A DNA stretch of 64,000 nucleotides from Candidatus Latescibacterota bacterium (GTDB lineage: Bacteria; Latescibacterota; UBA2968; GCA-2709665). Made by a program: the position numbers and the translations under genes. This document shows positions 48,194 through 57,285 of the stretch, piece after piece. The first letter of the stretch is position 1. Each line of letters begins with the position of its first letter. The stretch covers positions 3,360,001 to 3,424,000 of the forward strand of contig OZ242180.1 of the NCBI GenBank assembly GCA_965205485.1, read 5' to 3'. A model generated the notes under the pieces. That model saw only the letters and a program-made list of their open reading frames with translations. It made no database searches and was not told the DNA's origin.

Positions 48194-50008
48194 ATGGAAA
48201 CACTGAAGCCGATATTTGAACGCGCAAAGCAAGGAGACCTGACGGCCTACGAGCAGATTGTGGCACACTTTCAAGATCTCGCCGTGGGATACGGGTTCGC
48301 GTTGTTGAGGGATTTTCACCTGGCACAGGACGCGGCGCAGGAGGCGTTTACAGAGGCGTGGGTGAATCTGGAGCGGGTGTACGACGTCTTCGCCTTTCCT
48401 GCTTTGTTACGCAAGATCGTGTTCAAACATTGCGATCGGATGACGCGCCGGGGTAAGAAGGTCGAGATTGTATCGATGGAGCAACTCGTCGAGATCGCAT
48501 CGGAAGAGCAGCATCCGGATCGAACAACAGAAGTAAGAGAGATGCGTTGCCTTGTGCGAGAAGCGATCAACACGTTGCACGAAAACGAGCGTCAGGCCGT
48601 GTCTTTGTTCTACATCTCGGATTATTCACAGCGGGAAGTGGCCGCTTTTCTGGGTGTGTCAGTCGCCGTCGTGAAGAACCGTCTGCGGTCTGCGCGGAAA
48701 CGGCTCAAGGAAAGGCTATTCGATATGGTGAAGGACAATATGCATGAGAACCGGCCTTCGCGGGACGATCGGTTCATTGACCGTGTTCGAGAAATCCTGG
48801 CGCCTGATCAAACGAACCATAGCGAAGGTATCTATGAGTTGCTGGACAGGCGCTGGAACGCCATAGGCCGTCAGTGTCGCGCCGGACGCATTGCGCACAG
48901 TCACTACGACTGGCAGACGTCGCGGATCGGAACGATGGATGGTGATGTGGTCACGCACGCGGGCATTTATGATCTGTCGATGCGCATCGGCAGCGCAACG
49001 GTCCGGACCGGGGGCATCAATCTGCCGACCGTGCATCCCGACTATCGCGATGAGGGGATCTACGCGGAGACAATTCAGGCAGCGCTGGACGCCATGTATG
49101 CCCATGGTTATGATATGTCGTGTACACGTACCGAACCGCTCGATCGCTTTGCGAATTTCGGCTACGTGCTTGCCTGGCCCGATCAGGAGACGTATTTTAT
49201 AGACACCGAGCACCTGCCCGAAGCAGCCCCGGACATAGAGCTGGAGGAAGTACATGTCAACGTGATTCACGGGCGCAGAGACCTGGCTGAACTTCACAAT
49301 CGATGGCACGACGGGTTGACCGGCACGACCGTCCGTCCAACGTACCGAAGAGGCAAGTGCCCGCCGGAAGACGACGATCCGTGGACAGCGTACATTTTCA
49401 ACGATAGAACCGGACGTGCGGTCGGTTATCTCTACGATGGCCCCAATACAGAGAAAGATCACGAGGGGCGCGACCTGCGTCATACGGATTCAGCCGGTGA
49501 TCCGGAACAGATCCTGCGCGTTTTAGGGCAACTTGCCCGGCAATACCGGGGACCCAGGGTGCAATTCGTCCGACTCCCCTGGCGCAGCGCGCTGGCACGA
49601 CGCGTGCGACAGTTGCCTCATCTTTATTCAGCCAGAAACCACAATGGTCGGACGGGGAACCAGATTCGCATCATCAACCTTGAGACGACGTTGTGCAAGA
49701 TCGCACCGGAACTATCTCGACGTTTACGAAAATCGCATCTCAGATATTTCATGGGTACATTACAGATTTCCATCCCGGATCAGTCTGCAATTCTATCCAT
49801 CGACAACGGTGAAGTCTCTGTGCAACCTGGTGGCAAGGCAGACAACACCATTGAAGGCGGTTATGAGTTTGCACAATTCATCATTGGAAAAGAAGCGCCA
49901 ATTGAGATTGCCGATCGGTCGGATATGTTGCTTGCTGGCGATGCGGCAGAGCTCCTGGATGCGCTCTTTCCTGCCCAACATCCGCAGATGCCGAATGAAG
50001 ATCTATAA
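48194..50008 (+). CDS. ECF sigma-70 factor fused to Eis-like GNAT/SCP2 domains
   Basis: Region 2 AQDAAQEAF, region 4 YSQREVAAFLGVS..VKNRL..ARKRL; then GGI...VHPDYR..G GNAT and LDALFP C-terminus. Confidence 0.85.
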   Translation: METLKPIFERAKQGDLTAYEQIVAHFQDLAVGYGFALLRDFHLAQDAAQEAFTEAWVNLERVYDVFAFPALLRKIVFKHCDRMTRRGKKVEIVSMEQLVEIASEEQHPDRTTEVREMRCLVREAINTLHENERQAVSLFYISDYSQREVAAFLGVSVAVVKNRLRSARKRLKERLFDMVKDNMHENRPSRDDRFIDRVREILAPDQTNHSEGIYELLDRRWNAIGRQCRAGRIAHSHYDWQTSRIGTMDGDVVTHAGIYDLSMRIGSATVRTGGINLPTVHPDYRDEGIYAETIQAALDAMYAHGYDMSCTRTEPLDRFANFGYVLAWPDQETYFIDTEHLPEAAPDIELEEVHVNVIHGRRDLAELHNRWHDGLTGTTVRPTYRRGKCPPEDDDPWTAYIFNDRTGRAVGYLYDGPNTEKDHEGRDLRHTDSAGDPEQILRVLGQLARQYRGPRVQFVRLPWRSALARRVRQLPHLYSARNHNGRTGNQIRIINLETTLCKIAPELSRRLRKSHLRYFMGTLQISIPDQSAILSIDNGEVSVQPGGKADNTIEGGYEFAQFIIGKEAPIEIADRSDMLLAGDAAELLDALFPAQHPQMPNEDL

Positions 50009-50155
50009 GATTCTCCGCTCCTTCGTCGCTTCACCCAAACGGCCCTGCGTGAGTCACTGACAGAGTGCCAGAAACCCCTCACACTGGTTGATGAAGTGCC
50101 GATTCTGCGATGCTTGCGCGTTTGCGGACTTCTTTAAGCGCAGAATGCGAACTGT

Positions 50156-50764
50156 ATGACCACTCCTGAGATTCCCTTCAGCCAATGGCAACCCTTGTCA
50201 GTCTAGGAATTGACGCAATTGTTCGCTGGCGCTCCTTTCATGTGGGGACTCGCCGGCGGTTATGCGGTTGAGCAGTTCGCGGGAAAGCGCGTCAGAGACC
50301 ACGGCGATATAGACGTCATCGTGTACCGGGATCAGCAACTCGAAGTACAGAGCTGGCTCTCGAATTGGCATCTGCACGCGGCTGATCCGGCTGGTTCATT
50401 GCGACCCTGGGCGAAATCGGAGTACTTGCCTTACGGGATATTTGACATCTGGGGCCATACCGGCATAAAGGCATGGCAGCTTCAGATCATGTTAACGGAA
50501 AGCGAAGGCGACAGGTGGTTCAGCAAGCGCAGCAGACTGATTGGCGGGCAACGAGGAGACTTGATCGTCACATACAGGAATGTACCCTGCATACGGATCG
50601 AGGTTCAACTGCTGTACAAAGCCAGGAATCCTCGTTCGAAAGACGATCTGGACTTTGAGACGTGCCTGCCGCTGATGTCCGCCGAGGCAAAGAGATGGTT
50701 GGGAGCCGGGTTGGAGGTCTTGTATCCTGAAGGGCATCGCTGGCAAGGGTTACTAACGGAATAG
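50156..50764 (+). pseudogene. nucleotidyltransferase-like (ANT(2'')/Lnu-related) protein with in-frame TAG
   Basis: AGGYAVE...RDHGDIDV, LLYKA...KD..DF; ATG 50156 in frame but TAG at 50204-50206. Confidence 0.7.
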
Positions 50765-50826
50765 CGGCCTGCATAGTAAGGCGCGGCCGAGATACGACAG
50801 CGTAACGCGAGCGCGAAGGAGGTGTC

Positions 50827-51603
50827 GTGGCCAGAAAAGTTCTCGACAGGTTTGTCAATCTCGACTCCATCGCGGATGGCTTCTTCAGAGACGCCGTCGT
50901 GGACCACGTCTCGGTGTATTGCGAAGTATTCGATGAACGGCTTGTCGCAGTCTACGTGTGGGGAAGTGTTCATCGGAATGAAGCTGTACCCGAAGTTTCC
51001 GATCTTGACTTGCATCCATTTGTAATTGACGCCGTCACCGATGCGGACAGGTTCCGGCTACGAGAATCCGAGGCATCCCTTCGTAGGGAGTTCCTCTCAC
51101 TTCATGGGCTTGTCACACCGCGATCTGTAGACAGGGTTTCCGAGGTCGCAACGCGACTCTGCCACGATGCCACGCTTGTCTGGGGAGAGGATCTGATCAA
51201 AGGGATGGAGATTCCACAACCGGATCCCGTTGAGGCATTCCGCGACCCCAGGGAACTGGTCCGATTTGCAGCGGGATTGCTGGAGGAGAACACGACCGAT
51301 TTCTCCCTTCCTGAAGAGCCGTCATTGCGCCTCCGCAAGCTCGGACGCCTGGCCGTGCTGGGTGGCGGGTATCTCCTCATGGCAAGCGGAAGCAGGTATT
51401 CCCTCAAGGGGACCGAGGTTCTTCCGCTGCTGGAAGAGGTTGCTCCGGATTGGCGAGGTTTTCTGAGAAGAACTTCTGAAATCTACGTTCATCCCGTACA
51501 GCCGAGCGAGAGCGAAGTAGACGAATATCTGTCTGAACTGGTTGAGTGGATAGAATGGATCAAAGATCAAATGCAGGAAAAGTCAGCTGCGGCAGGCACT
51601 TGA
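50827..51603 (+). CDS. nucleotidyltransferase domain protein
   Basis: VYVWGSVHR.EA....SDLDL; SD AAGGAGG. Confidence 0.78.
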   Translation: MARKVLDRFVNLDSIADGFFRDAVVDHVSVYCEVFDERLVAVYVWGSVHRNEAVPEVSDLDLHPFVIDAVTDADRFRLRESEASLRREFLSLHGLVTPRSVDRVSEVATRLCHDATLVWGEDLIKGMEIPQPDPVEAFRDPRELVRFAAGLLEENTTDFSLPEEPSLRLRKLGRLAVLGGGYLLMASGSRYSLKGTEVLPLLEEVAPDWRGFLRRTSEIYVHPVQPSESEVDEYLSELVEWIEWIKDQMQEKSAAAGT

Positions 51604-51760
51604 TCCGCGCCAACATCGCGTAGCGAAGGAGGCGGCAGGAAGCGGCTACCGATGACACGCCGGACTGCGGCTCCCGCGCGTTCGGGCTTCCGATCTAACT
51701 CGCCTTCGGCAAGTTCAATGCCCGTGGGGACGTTTTCGGGAATAGACTCATTCGAGGGAG

Positions 51761-52537
51761 TTGCCGACGTTGAGCGAAGACGTCAGACGATTTTACGATG
51801 ACCTGGCTGCTGACTACCATCACGTCTACGCGGAGTGGGAGTCGGCAATCGAACGGCAGTCGTGCGTACTGGATCGGTTGATTCAACGTGAATCGTCGGT
51901 AAATGCATCGGTTGTCCTGGACTGTTCGTGTGGAATCGGCACCCAGGCGATTGGCCTGGCGCGGCAGGGATACGAAGTCTTCGCGTCCGATCTCAGCCCG
52001 AAGGCGATTGCCAAGGCGGAATCAGAAGCAGCTGACCGGGGGCTGAAGATTGAGTTCGCCGTTTCCGATGTTCGCGAGGTGGAACGTGCCTTCGCCCGCA
52101 AGTTCGACGTTGTGATCAGTTGCGATAACTCACTGCCTCATCTCCTAACCCAGGAAGACCTGACTCTCGCTCTCCGAAGTATCAGGCGCACGCTGAAGCC
52201 TGACGGACTGTTGGTTGCCAGTATTCGAGATTACGATCGGTTGCTCGCGGAGAGACCGTCGTTTATGGGCGCGAACGTTCAGGGTGCATCGGAGCGTGAG
52301 GTCATTACGTTTCAGGTCTGGGACTGGTCAAAGGAATCAGATACCTGTCTGATTCGGCTATTCATAATGACACGGGCACCGAATCGATGGCAAATAAGAG
52401 AGCTAAGGACCCGCTACCGGGCAATCCGGCGCAAGGAGCTCACTCTGGCCCTGGAGTCCGCCGGATTCTCGAAAGTCGCCTGGCATACGCCTGAACAGTC
52501 CGGTTACTTTCAGCCGGTCGTTACGGCGCATGCCTGA
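51761..52537 (+). CDS. class I SAM-dependent methyltransferase
   Basis: FYDDLA..YH, VLDCSCGIGTQ, FDVVISCDNSLPHL. Confidence 0.9.
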   Translation: MPTLSEDVRRFYDDLAADYHHVYAEWESAIERQSCVLDRLIQRESSVNASVVLDCSCGIGTQAIGLARQGYEVFASDLSPKAIAKAESEAADRGLKIEFAVSDVREVERAFARKFDVVISCDNSLPHLLTQEDLTLALRSIRRTLKPDGLLVASIRDYDRLLAERPSFMGANVQGASEREVITFQVWDWSKESDTCLIRLFIMTRAPNRWQIRELRTRYRAIRRKELTLALESAGFSKVAWHTPEQSGYFQPVVTAHA

Positions 52538-52611
52538 TTGAGACTACTTTCGAAACCAGCGCCTTGTTGTCCAGTGGCGTGGCCTGCACCGCTGCCGACG
52601 GAGATCCCTTG

Positions 52612-53238
52612 ATGCACGCATACATTGTCTTCGCGCATCCGACGAGGAGGTCTTTTACCGGGGAGGTATTGGCCGAATTGTGTCGAGGATTGGACGAAGG
52701 AGGACATTCCTACGAGATCGGGGACCTGTACGAAATGGACTTCAAATGCGAAATGACTCCGGATGAGTACACTCGCGAGATGAACGTCCAGGGCAATCGC
52801 CCCACCCTCGCCATACCGCCGGATGTGGAAGCCGAACACAGGAAGATCAGCAGGGCAGACGGTCTGGCCTTTGTCTTTCCGGTCTGGTGGAGCGACTGTC
52901 CGGCGAAGTTGAAGGGATGGTTCGACCGGGTCTGGGTCTGCGGATACGCCTACGAGTACCAATTCGCCAGGGAGACTTATCCGTTTCCACGCCTCTCCGT
53001 GGAGAGAGCGCTCGTTCTCTGTCCTGCTGGAAATACTCTGGAGGGATTGGTAGAGTCCGGAATTGCTGAAGCCATGAGACGGTTATACACCCATGATCGC
53101 CTCCGCCCTGACGCGGGTGTGAAGCATTGTGAGTTTGCATTTCTTCCTGGGATGGCGGATCACTTTGCAACATCGTGCAACACGGCGAGGAATCTTGAGA
53201 TCGCGTATCGGTATGGCAGAGACTTCCTGATGAAATGA
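52612..53238 (+). CDS. NAD(P)H-dependent flavodoxin-like oxidoreductase
   Basis: AHPTRRSF, DLYEMDF, FPVWW..PAKLKGWFDRV. Confidence 0.9.
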   Translation: MHAYIVFAHPTRRSFTGEVLAELCRGLDEGGHSYEIGDLYEMDFKCEMTPDEYTREMNVQGNRPTLAIPPDVEAEHRKISRADGLAFVFPVWWSDCPAKLKGWFDRVWVCGYAYEYQFARETYPFPRLSVERALVLCPAGNTLEGLVESGIAEAMRRLYTHDRLRPDAGVKHCEFAFLPGMADHFATSCNTARNLEIAYRYGRDFLMK

Positions 53239-53282
53239 AGCGCGGGCATTTGACATTTCGACAAGCCACTTCGGCCCTTCGC

Positions 53283-53329
53283 CCCTTCGACAGGCTCAGG
53301 GACCACAGGCTCAGGGACCACAGGCTCAG
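53283..53329 (+). repeat. CCCTTCGACAGGCTCAGGG REP-like unit with 15-bp tandem expansion
   Basis: CAGGCTCAGGGACCA x2.6 (53291-53329). Confidence 0.7.
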
Positions 53330-53346
53330 CGCAGGCAGCACATTCA

Positions 53347-54279
53347 ATGACCACGTTTCAGCCGGACGTGATGAATCGGTGGGAGAATGGCGAGGTATAT
53401 TTGGGACGGGACACCTGCTGCGAGGGACTTGAATCACGAATTGCGGACCTGACCGGACGAAAAGTGTACGGGCTGCACCCGGTACAGGGAGGTTACACGA
53501 ACGCCTGCCGGAGAATCGTAAGATTCCGGGACGGAGACACGGCATTTGCAAAGTGCGCTGCGGACCGGCGCACCAGCGCGTGGCTGTATTCCGAGATTTC
53601 GGTCTATCGCCAGCTTTCCGGCGACTTCATGGCGGCCGTATTGGCCTGGGATGAGGAGGAACCTCCGTTATTGATATTGGAGGACCTGACCGGGAACGCG
53701 TGGCCTCCGCCCTGGACGGCTTCTCGCGTCGATATGGTTCTCGACAGTCTGGCAACGATACATGGGAGCCAGGCGAGTGTGCCCGAATATCAGGAGATCT
53801 TCACACATCGCGGTTGGCACGAAGTTGCGGCGCACCCGGAGACCTTCCTTTCGATACGCGTCGCAAGCGAATCGTGGTTGACAAAGTGTCTGCCCACCCT
53901 CCTGGAGGCGCATGATAGAGTTGAACCTGAAGGCAAAGCGCTTGTCCACCTTGACGTGAGAAGCGACAACATCTGCTTTCGTGCCGGCCGGGCCGTTCTG
54001 ATCGACTGGAACAACGCCTGCTTCGGCAATCCCGATCTCGACATTGCCTTCTGGCTGCCCGGTCTTCGCCACGAGGGTGGGCCGCCTCCACAGGATATTC
54101 TTGCGGACGCCGGTCACCTGGCGGCGTATGTTACGGGGTATTTCGCTTCGCGTGCAGGGTTGCCGGACCTGCCCCATGCACCGTTGGTTCGCAAACTGCA
54201 GCGGGCGCAGCTCATTACAGGTCTTCAGTGGACGGTTCAGGAACTTGGACTCCCTCAACCGGACCTGATGGAAAGTTGA
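53347..54279 (+). CDS. APH-family phosphotransferase
   Basis: GGYT, FAK, LVHLDVRSDN, LIDW; start uncertain. Confidence 0.82.
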   Translation: MTTFQPDVMNRWENGEVYLGRDTCCEGLESRIADLTGRKVYGLHPVQGGYTNACRRIVRFRDGDTAFAKCAADRRTSAWLYSEISVYRQLSGDFMAAVLAWDEEEPPLLILEDLTGNAWPPPWTASRVDMVLDSLATIHGSQASVPEYQEIFTHRGWHEVAAHPETFLSIRVASESWLTKCLPTLLEAHDRVEPEGKALVHLDVRSDNICFRAGRAVLIDWNNACFGNPDLDIAFWLPGLRHEGGPPPQDILADAGHLAAYVTGYFASRAGLPDLPHAPLVRKLQRAQLITGLQWTVQELGLPQPDLMES

Positions 54280-54296
54280 ATGTTCCTGGCGACAGC

Positions 54297-54394
54297 CGAT
54301 AACAGCACGTCTTGTGCTGCGGCGCCGTTGCCATTAAGGCTTTCGGCAGCCACCTTGGCGGTTCGCAAACTTGCAAATCGTAGCGAGACATGCG
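54297..54394 (+). repeat. degenerate attC-like site (family A)
   Basis: GATAAC-AGCACG..GCTGCGGCG and GGTTCGCAAAC match 16613-16711; R' eroded. Confidence 0.55.
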
Positions 54395-54422
54395 GCCAGA
54401 CAAGAGGGCAATCCCGAATTTG

Positions 54423-54614
54423 CCCCATTCGATAAAAAACAGCAACGCGGCGACGCGACGAAATCCCCTTGAAAAGGGGCGTAAATGTCGTCCAAAAGGA
54501 CGTTTTTTCAGTCCACGTCCAGTGACCTGGTGTATCCTGAAAATCCGCAGTCTAATCGCCTTTATCAGTTTGCACATATACGATTTTACGTCCCCGAAAA
54601 ATTGCGAATCAAGG
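54423..54614 (-). mobile_element. MITE-like element, copy 6 (inverted)
   Basis: Reverse complement begins CCTTGATTCG and contains CAGGATACACCAGGTCACTGGACGT. Confidence 0.85.
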
Positions 54615-54636
54615 TTAGGCTTGGGAGAATCTGACG

Positions 54637-55407
54637 ATGCTGCAAGAGGGTGAGTCCGACCGGGGTTGTGTCAATCCTGTTGTGCGGATTGGAGACACTG
54701 TGCGCAGACCTGTACACAGGTGGACGCCGGCCGTGCACGCCCTGCTGCGCTACCTGGAGGCGGTCGGCTTTTCAGGAGTTCCTCGTGTCTTCGGACTCGA
54801 CGAACTCGGACGCGAGGTGCTTTCGTTTATCCCTGGAGAGGTTGCCCGGCGACCATGGCCGGAGGTGCTGCTAGAGGAAAAGGGCCTTGCCGAGGTCGCG
54901 CGATTCCTGTCCCGATATCACAATGCAGTAAGGGGTTTCGAGCCACCCGAGGATGCCGAATGGTATCTTCCCAATGTAACCTGGGGACCGGGAATGATCA
55001 TCCGACACGGGGACCTTGGACCCTGGAATACTGTCTGGGAAGGGCGAACCTTGAAAGGAATAATCGACTGGGATTTTGCCGAGCCAGGTGATCCCCTCTG
55101 CGATGTCAGTCAGTTTGCCTGGTACGCGGTGCCTCTCCGAGGCGTAGCGCACTGGAGAAAAGCCGGGTTTTCCGATAAGCCTGATCTCAGGTCCAGGTTA
55201 GCAGTACTTTCCGACACATACGGTACGGATACCAGCGCAATCCTGGACACCTTGAGCGATCTGCAACTGGAAGAGTACCGCAGGACCGAGACTCTGGGCA
55301 GCCAGGGACTCCTCCCATGGTCCATCTTCTACCAACGTGGGGATCTTGCGGAACTGAAAGAAGAAAACACGTGGCTGAACGAGAATTACGATTCGCTTGC
55401 CGCATAA
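54637..55407 (+). CDS. APH-family phosphotransferase
   Basis: VVRIGDTVRRP, VHALLRYLE..GF, HGDLGPWN, IDWD. Confidence 0.85.
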   Translation: MLQEGESDRGCVNPVVRIGDTVRRPVHRWTPAVHALLRYLEAVGFSGVPRVFGLDELGREVLSFIPGEVARRPWPEVLLEEKGLAEVARFLSRYHNAVRGFEPPEDAEWYLPNVTWGPGMIIRHGDLGPWNTVWEGRTLKGIIDWDFAEPGDPLCDVSQFAWYAVPLRGVAHWRKAGFSDKPDLRSRLAVLSDTYGTDTSAILDTLSDLQLEEYRRTETLGSQGLLPWSIFYQRGDLAELKEENTWLNENYDSLAA

Positions 55408-55462
55408 ATGTGGTCCGCAGGTCTCGCGCTGCTCGCAGATTGACTACCAACGGGGTCATGTG

Positions 55463-56215
55463 ATGGGAAGCATTGTCGCAATAGGTGGCGGAGACATCAC
55501 CAGCCTGGCAACCCGGCTCATCGACGTGGAAATCATCAAGCTGTCGGGATCATCGAATCCAAACGCCCTGTTCATCCCGACGGCAAGCAGCGATTCGGTC
55601 GAGTACTGGGAAGCATTCGACAGAGCGTATCGAGAGAGCTACGGGTGCGACACCGACGTGCTCTACCTGCTTGGCAAAACGCCATCGCCGGGGTTCATCG
55701 CCGAGAAGATCGACCGGGCCGACATCGTCTACGTCGGAGGTGGAAACACGCTCAAGATGATGCGCCGATGGCGGCGGCTAGGTGTCGACGCCTTGCTCAG
55801 GGCGGCTCATACGGACGGCGCGGTCCTCTGCGGCGTGAGCGCAGGAGCGATCTGCTGGTTCGACCGTGGGCACAGCGACTCAATATCCTTCTATAGCCCC
55901 GACGATTGGCGCTACATAGCCGTCACCGGCATGGGACTGCTGAGCGGGCTGGCGTGTCCTCACTACAACAGTGATACCGCTGGCGTACCCAGAAGGCAGG
56001 ACTTCCACGATATGCTGAAGCGAAAGGGTGGAAACGGCCTCGCCATCGATAATGACTGCGCCGTCGCGTTCACGCCGGACGGGTACAGGGTCATCTCCGC
56101 CGATGCCGAATCCGGAGCCTGGTCGCTCCAGGTTCAGCGAGGCCGGATCGTCGAGCGCGCTCTGCCGGTTTCTCCAGTCTATCTCTCAATTGATTCCCTT
56201 TACGAAAGGCAGTAG
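55463..56215 (+). CDS. peptidase E (S51) family protein
   Basis: AIGGG, FIPTAS.D, YVGGGNT, GVSAGA, CPHY. Confidence 0.9.
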   Translation: MGSIVAIGGGDITSLATRLIDVEIIKLSGSSNPNALFIPTASSDSVEYWEAFDRAYRESYGCDTDVLYLLGKTPSPGFIAEKIDRADIVYVGGGNTLKMMRRWRRLGVDALLRAAHTDGAVLCGVSAGAICWFDRGHSDSISFYSPDDWRYIAVTGMGLLSGLACPHYNSDTAGVPRRQDFHDMLKRKGGNGLAIDNDCAVAFTPDGYRVISADAESGAWSLQVQRGRIVERALPVSPVYLSIDSLYERQ

Positions 56216-56319
56216 CCTACGTCCCGCGGACTCGTTATCAATAAGAATCTGTTGCAAGATGCGACGGAAATCCATTTGGGAGTTGCCTGACTGACGCCGT
56301 CAAGACGTGGAGAAGATAT

Positions 56320-57270
56320 ATGGCGGTTGGACCTGAGTATCTGGAAAAGGGGTTGTTGGGACTGAGCCGAGCTCACCTTGTGGATACCATGACAGGACAT
56401 TTGGGCGCAACCCTCGTCGCCGGCTATCTCTTCAGTGAGGAACACGGTGAACTGGACAGGAAGGTTCATGCAGGCATAGAGAAAGAACTGGATCGTGTCC
56501 TCAATGGAGAGTCGGTATTCGACCCCGGCGAAGGTGGATCCATCACAACGTCGGAACTGTTTGTGCCGTACCCGGACGAAGCCATGCAGGTAGATCAGAT
56601 TGACCGCATCGCAGAGGTCCTCTCCAGGAACATTGGAGAAACACGCTCCTCGGGTCACAACGTGATTTTCGCCTCTCTGTCCATTCGGGCGCTTCAGGAG
56701 TACCCCCAACACGCAACATCGTCCATCATCGATGGCATATGCAGATTGATCGGGGGCTTTGACCGGGCATCGGCTGGCAGCGGTTACTACGGGAGGGAAA
56801 AGGGTCGGATCGACGGAGACATGATCGTGTTGCCGGAACAGTCGGATTTTCTGCCGTATTCCAATCTGGAGGGCATGATCGAAGCGGTGTTGGATGAGCT
56901 CCTTGAGACAGCTGCCGAACGGAGACAGGGATTCGGGGGATTGTGGCACATTATCAACCATGCCGCTTCGCTGATCGATCTTTCTGAGTGTGGCTACGTT
57001 GACCTGGCGCAGGAAGGACTTGAGGCTCACCATCGTCATGTTCGTCTGTGGAGATCCCTGCCGAATGTCGAGGACGAACTCGGGACGGAAGCGCCGGCTG
57101 AAGAAGATCCTTGCACCCCGATCTATTGGGAATCCGGCGCCCTGAGAAGAGATCGCGCCAGGCTTACTCATCGGATTAAAACGCTCTATGGTTTCCACAG
57201 GTTTGCCCGTCTGGTTGATGATACAACCAGGCTCCAGCGTGCCAGGGATGCGTTTCGCTATCTCATGTAG
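56320..57270 (+). CDS. hypothetical protein (His-rich motifs)
   Basis: 316-aa ORF with SD GGAG; GHLGA, SGHNVIF, WHIINH, THRIK. Confidence 0.75.
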   Translation: MAVGPEYLEKGLLGLSRAHLVDTMTGHLGATLVAGYLFSEEHGELDRKVHAGIEKELDRVLNGESVFDPGEGGSITTSELFVPYPDEAMQVDQIDRIAEVLSRNIGETRSSGHNVIFASLSIRALQEYPQHATSSIIDGICRLIGGFDRASAGSGYYGREKGRIDGDMIVLPEQSDFLPYSNLEGMIEAVLDELLETAAERRQGFGGLWHIINHAASLIDLSECGYVDLAQEGLEAHHRHVRLWRSLPNVEDELGTEAPAEEDPCTPIYWESGALRRDRARLTHRIKTLYGFHRFARLVDDTTRLQRARDAFRYLM

Positions 57271-57285
57271 GAGACAGAAATACCG

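Noticed and set aside
53291..53329. Tandem 15-mer as a CRISPR array
   Set aside because: No spacers, under three units, no cas genes; no CRISPR array seen anywhere in the window.
13499..54614. Recurring short ORFs such as LIAFIYKHIFEL and KAIRL..RIHQVTGR
   Set aside because: They are translations of the 190-bp repeat; frames and starts are not conserved between copies.
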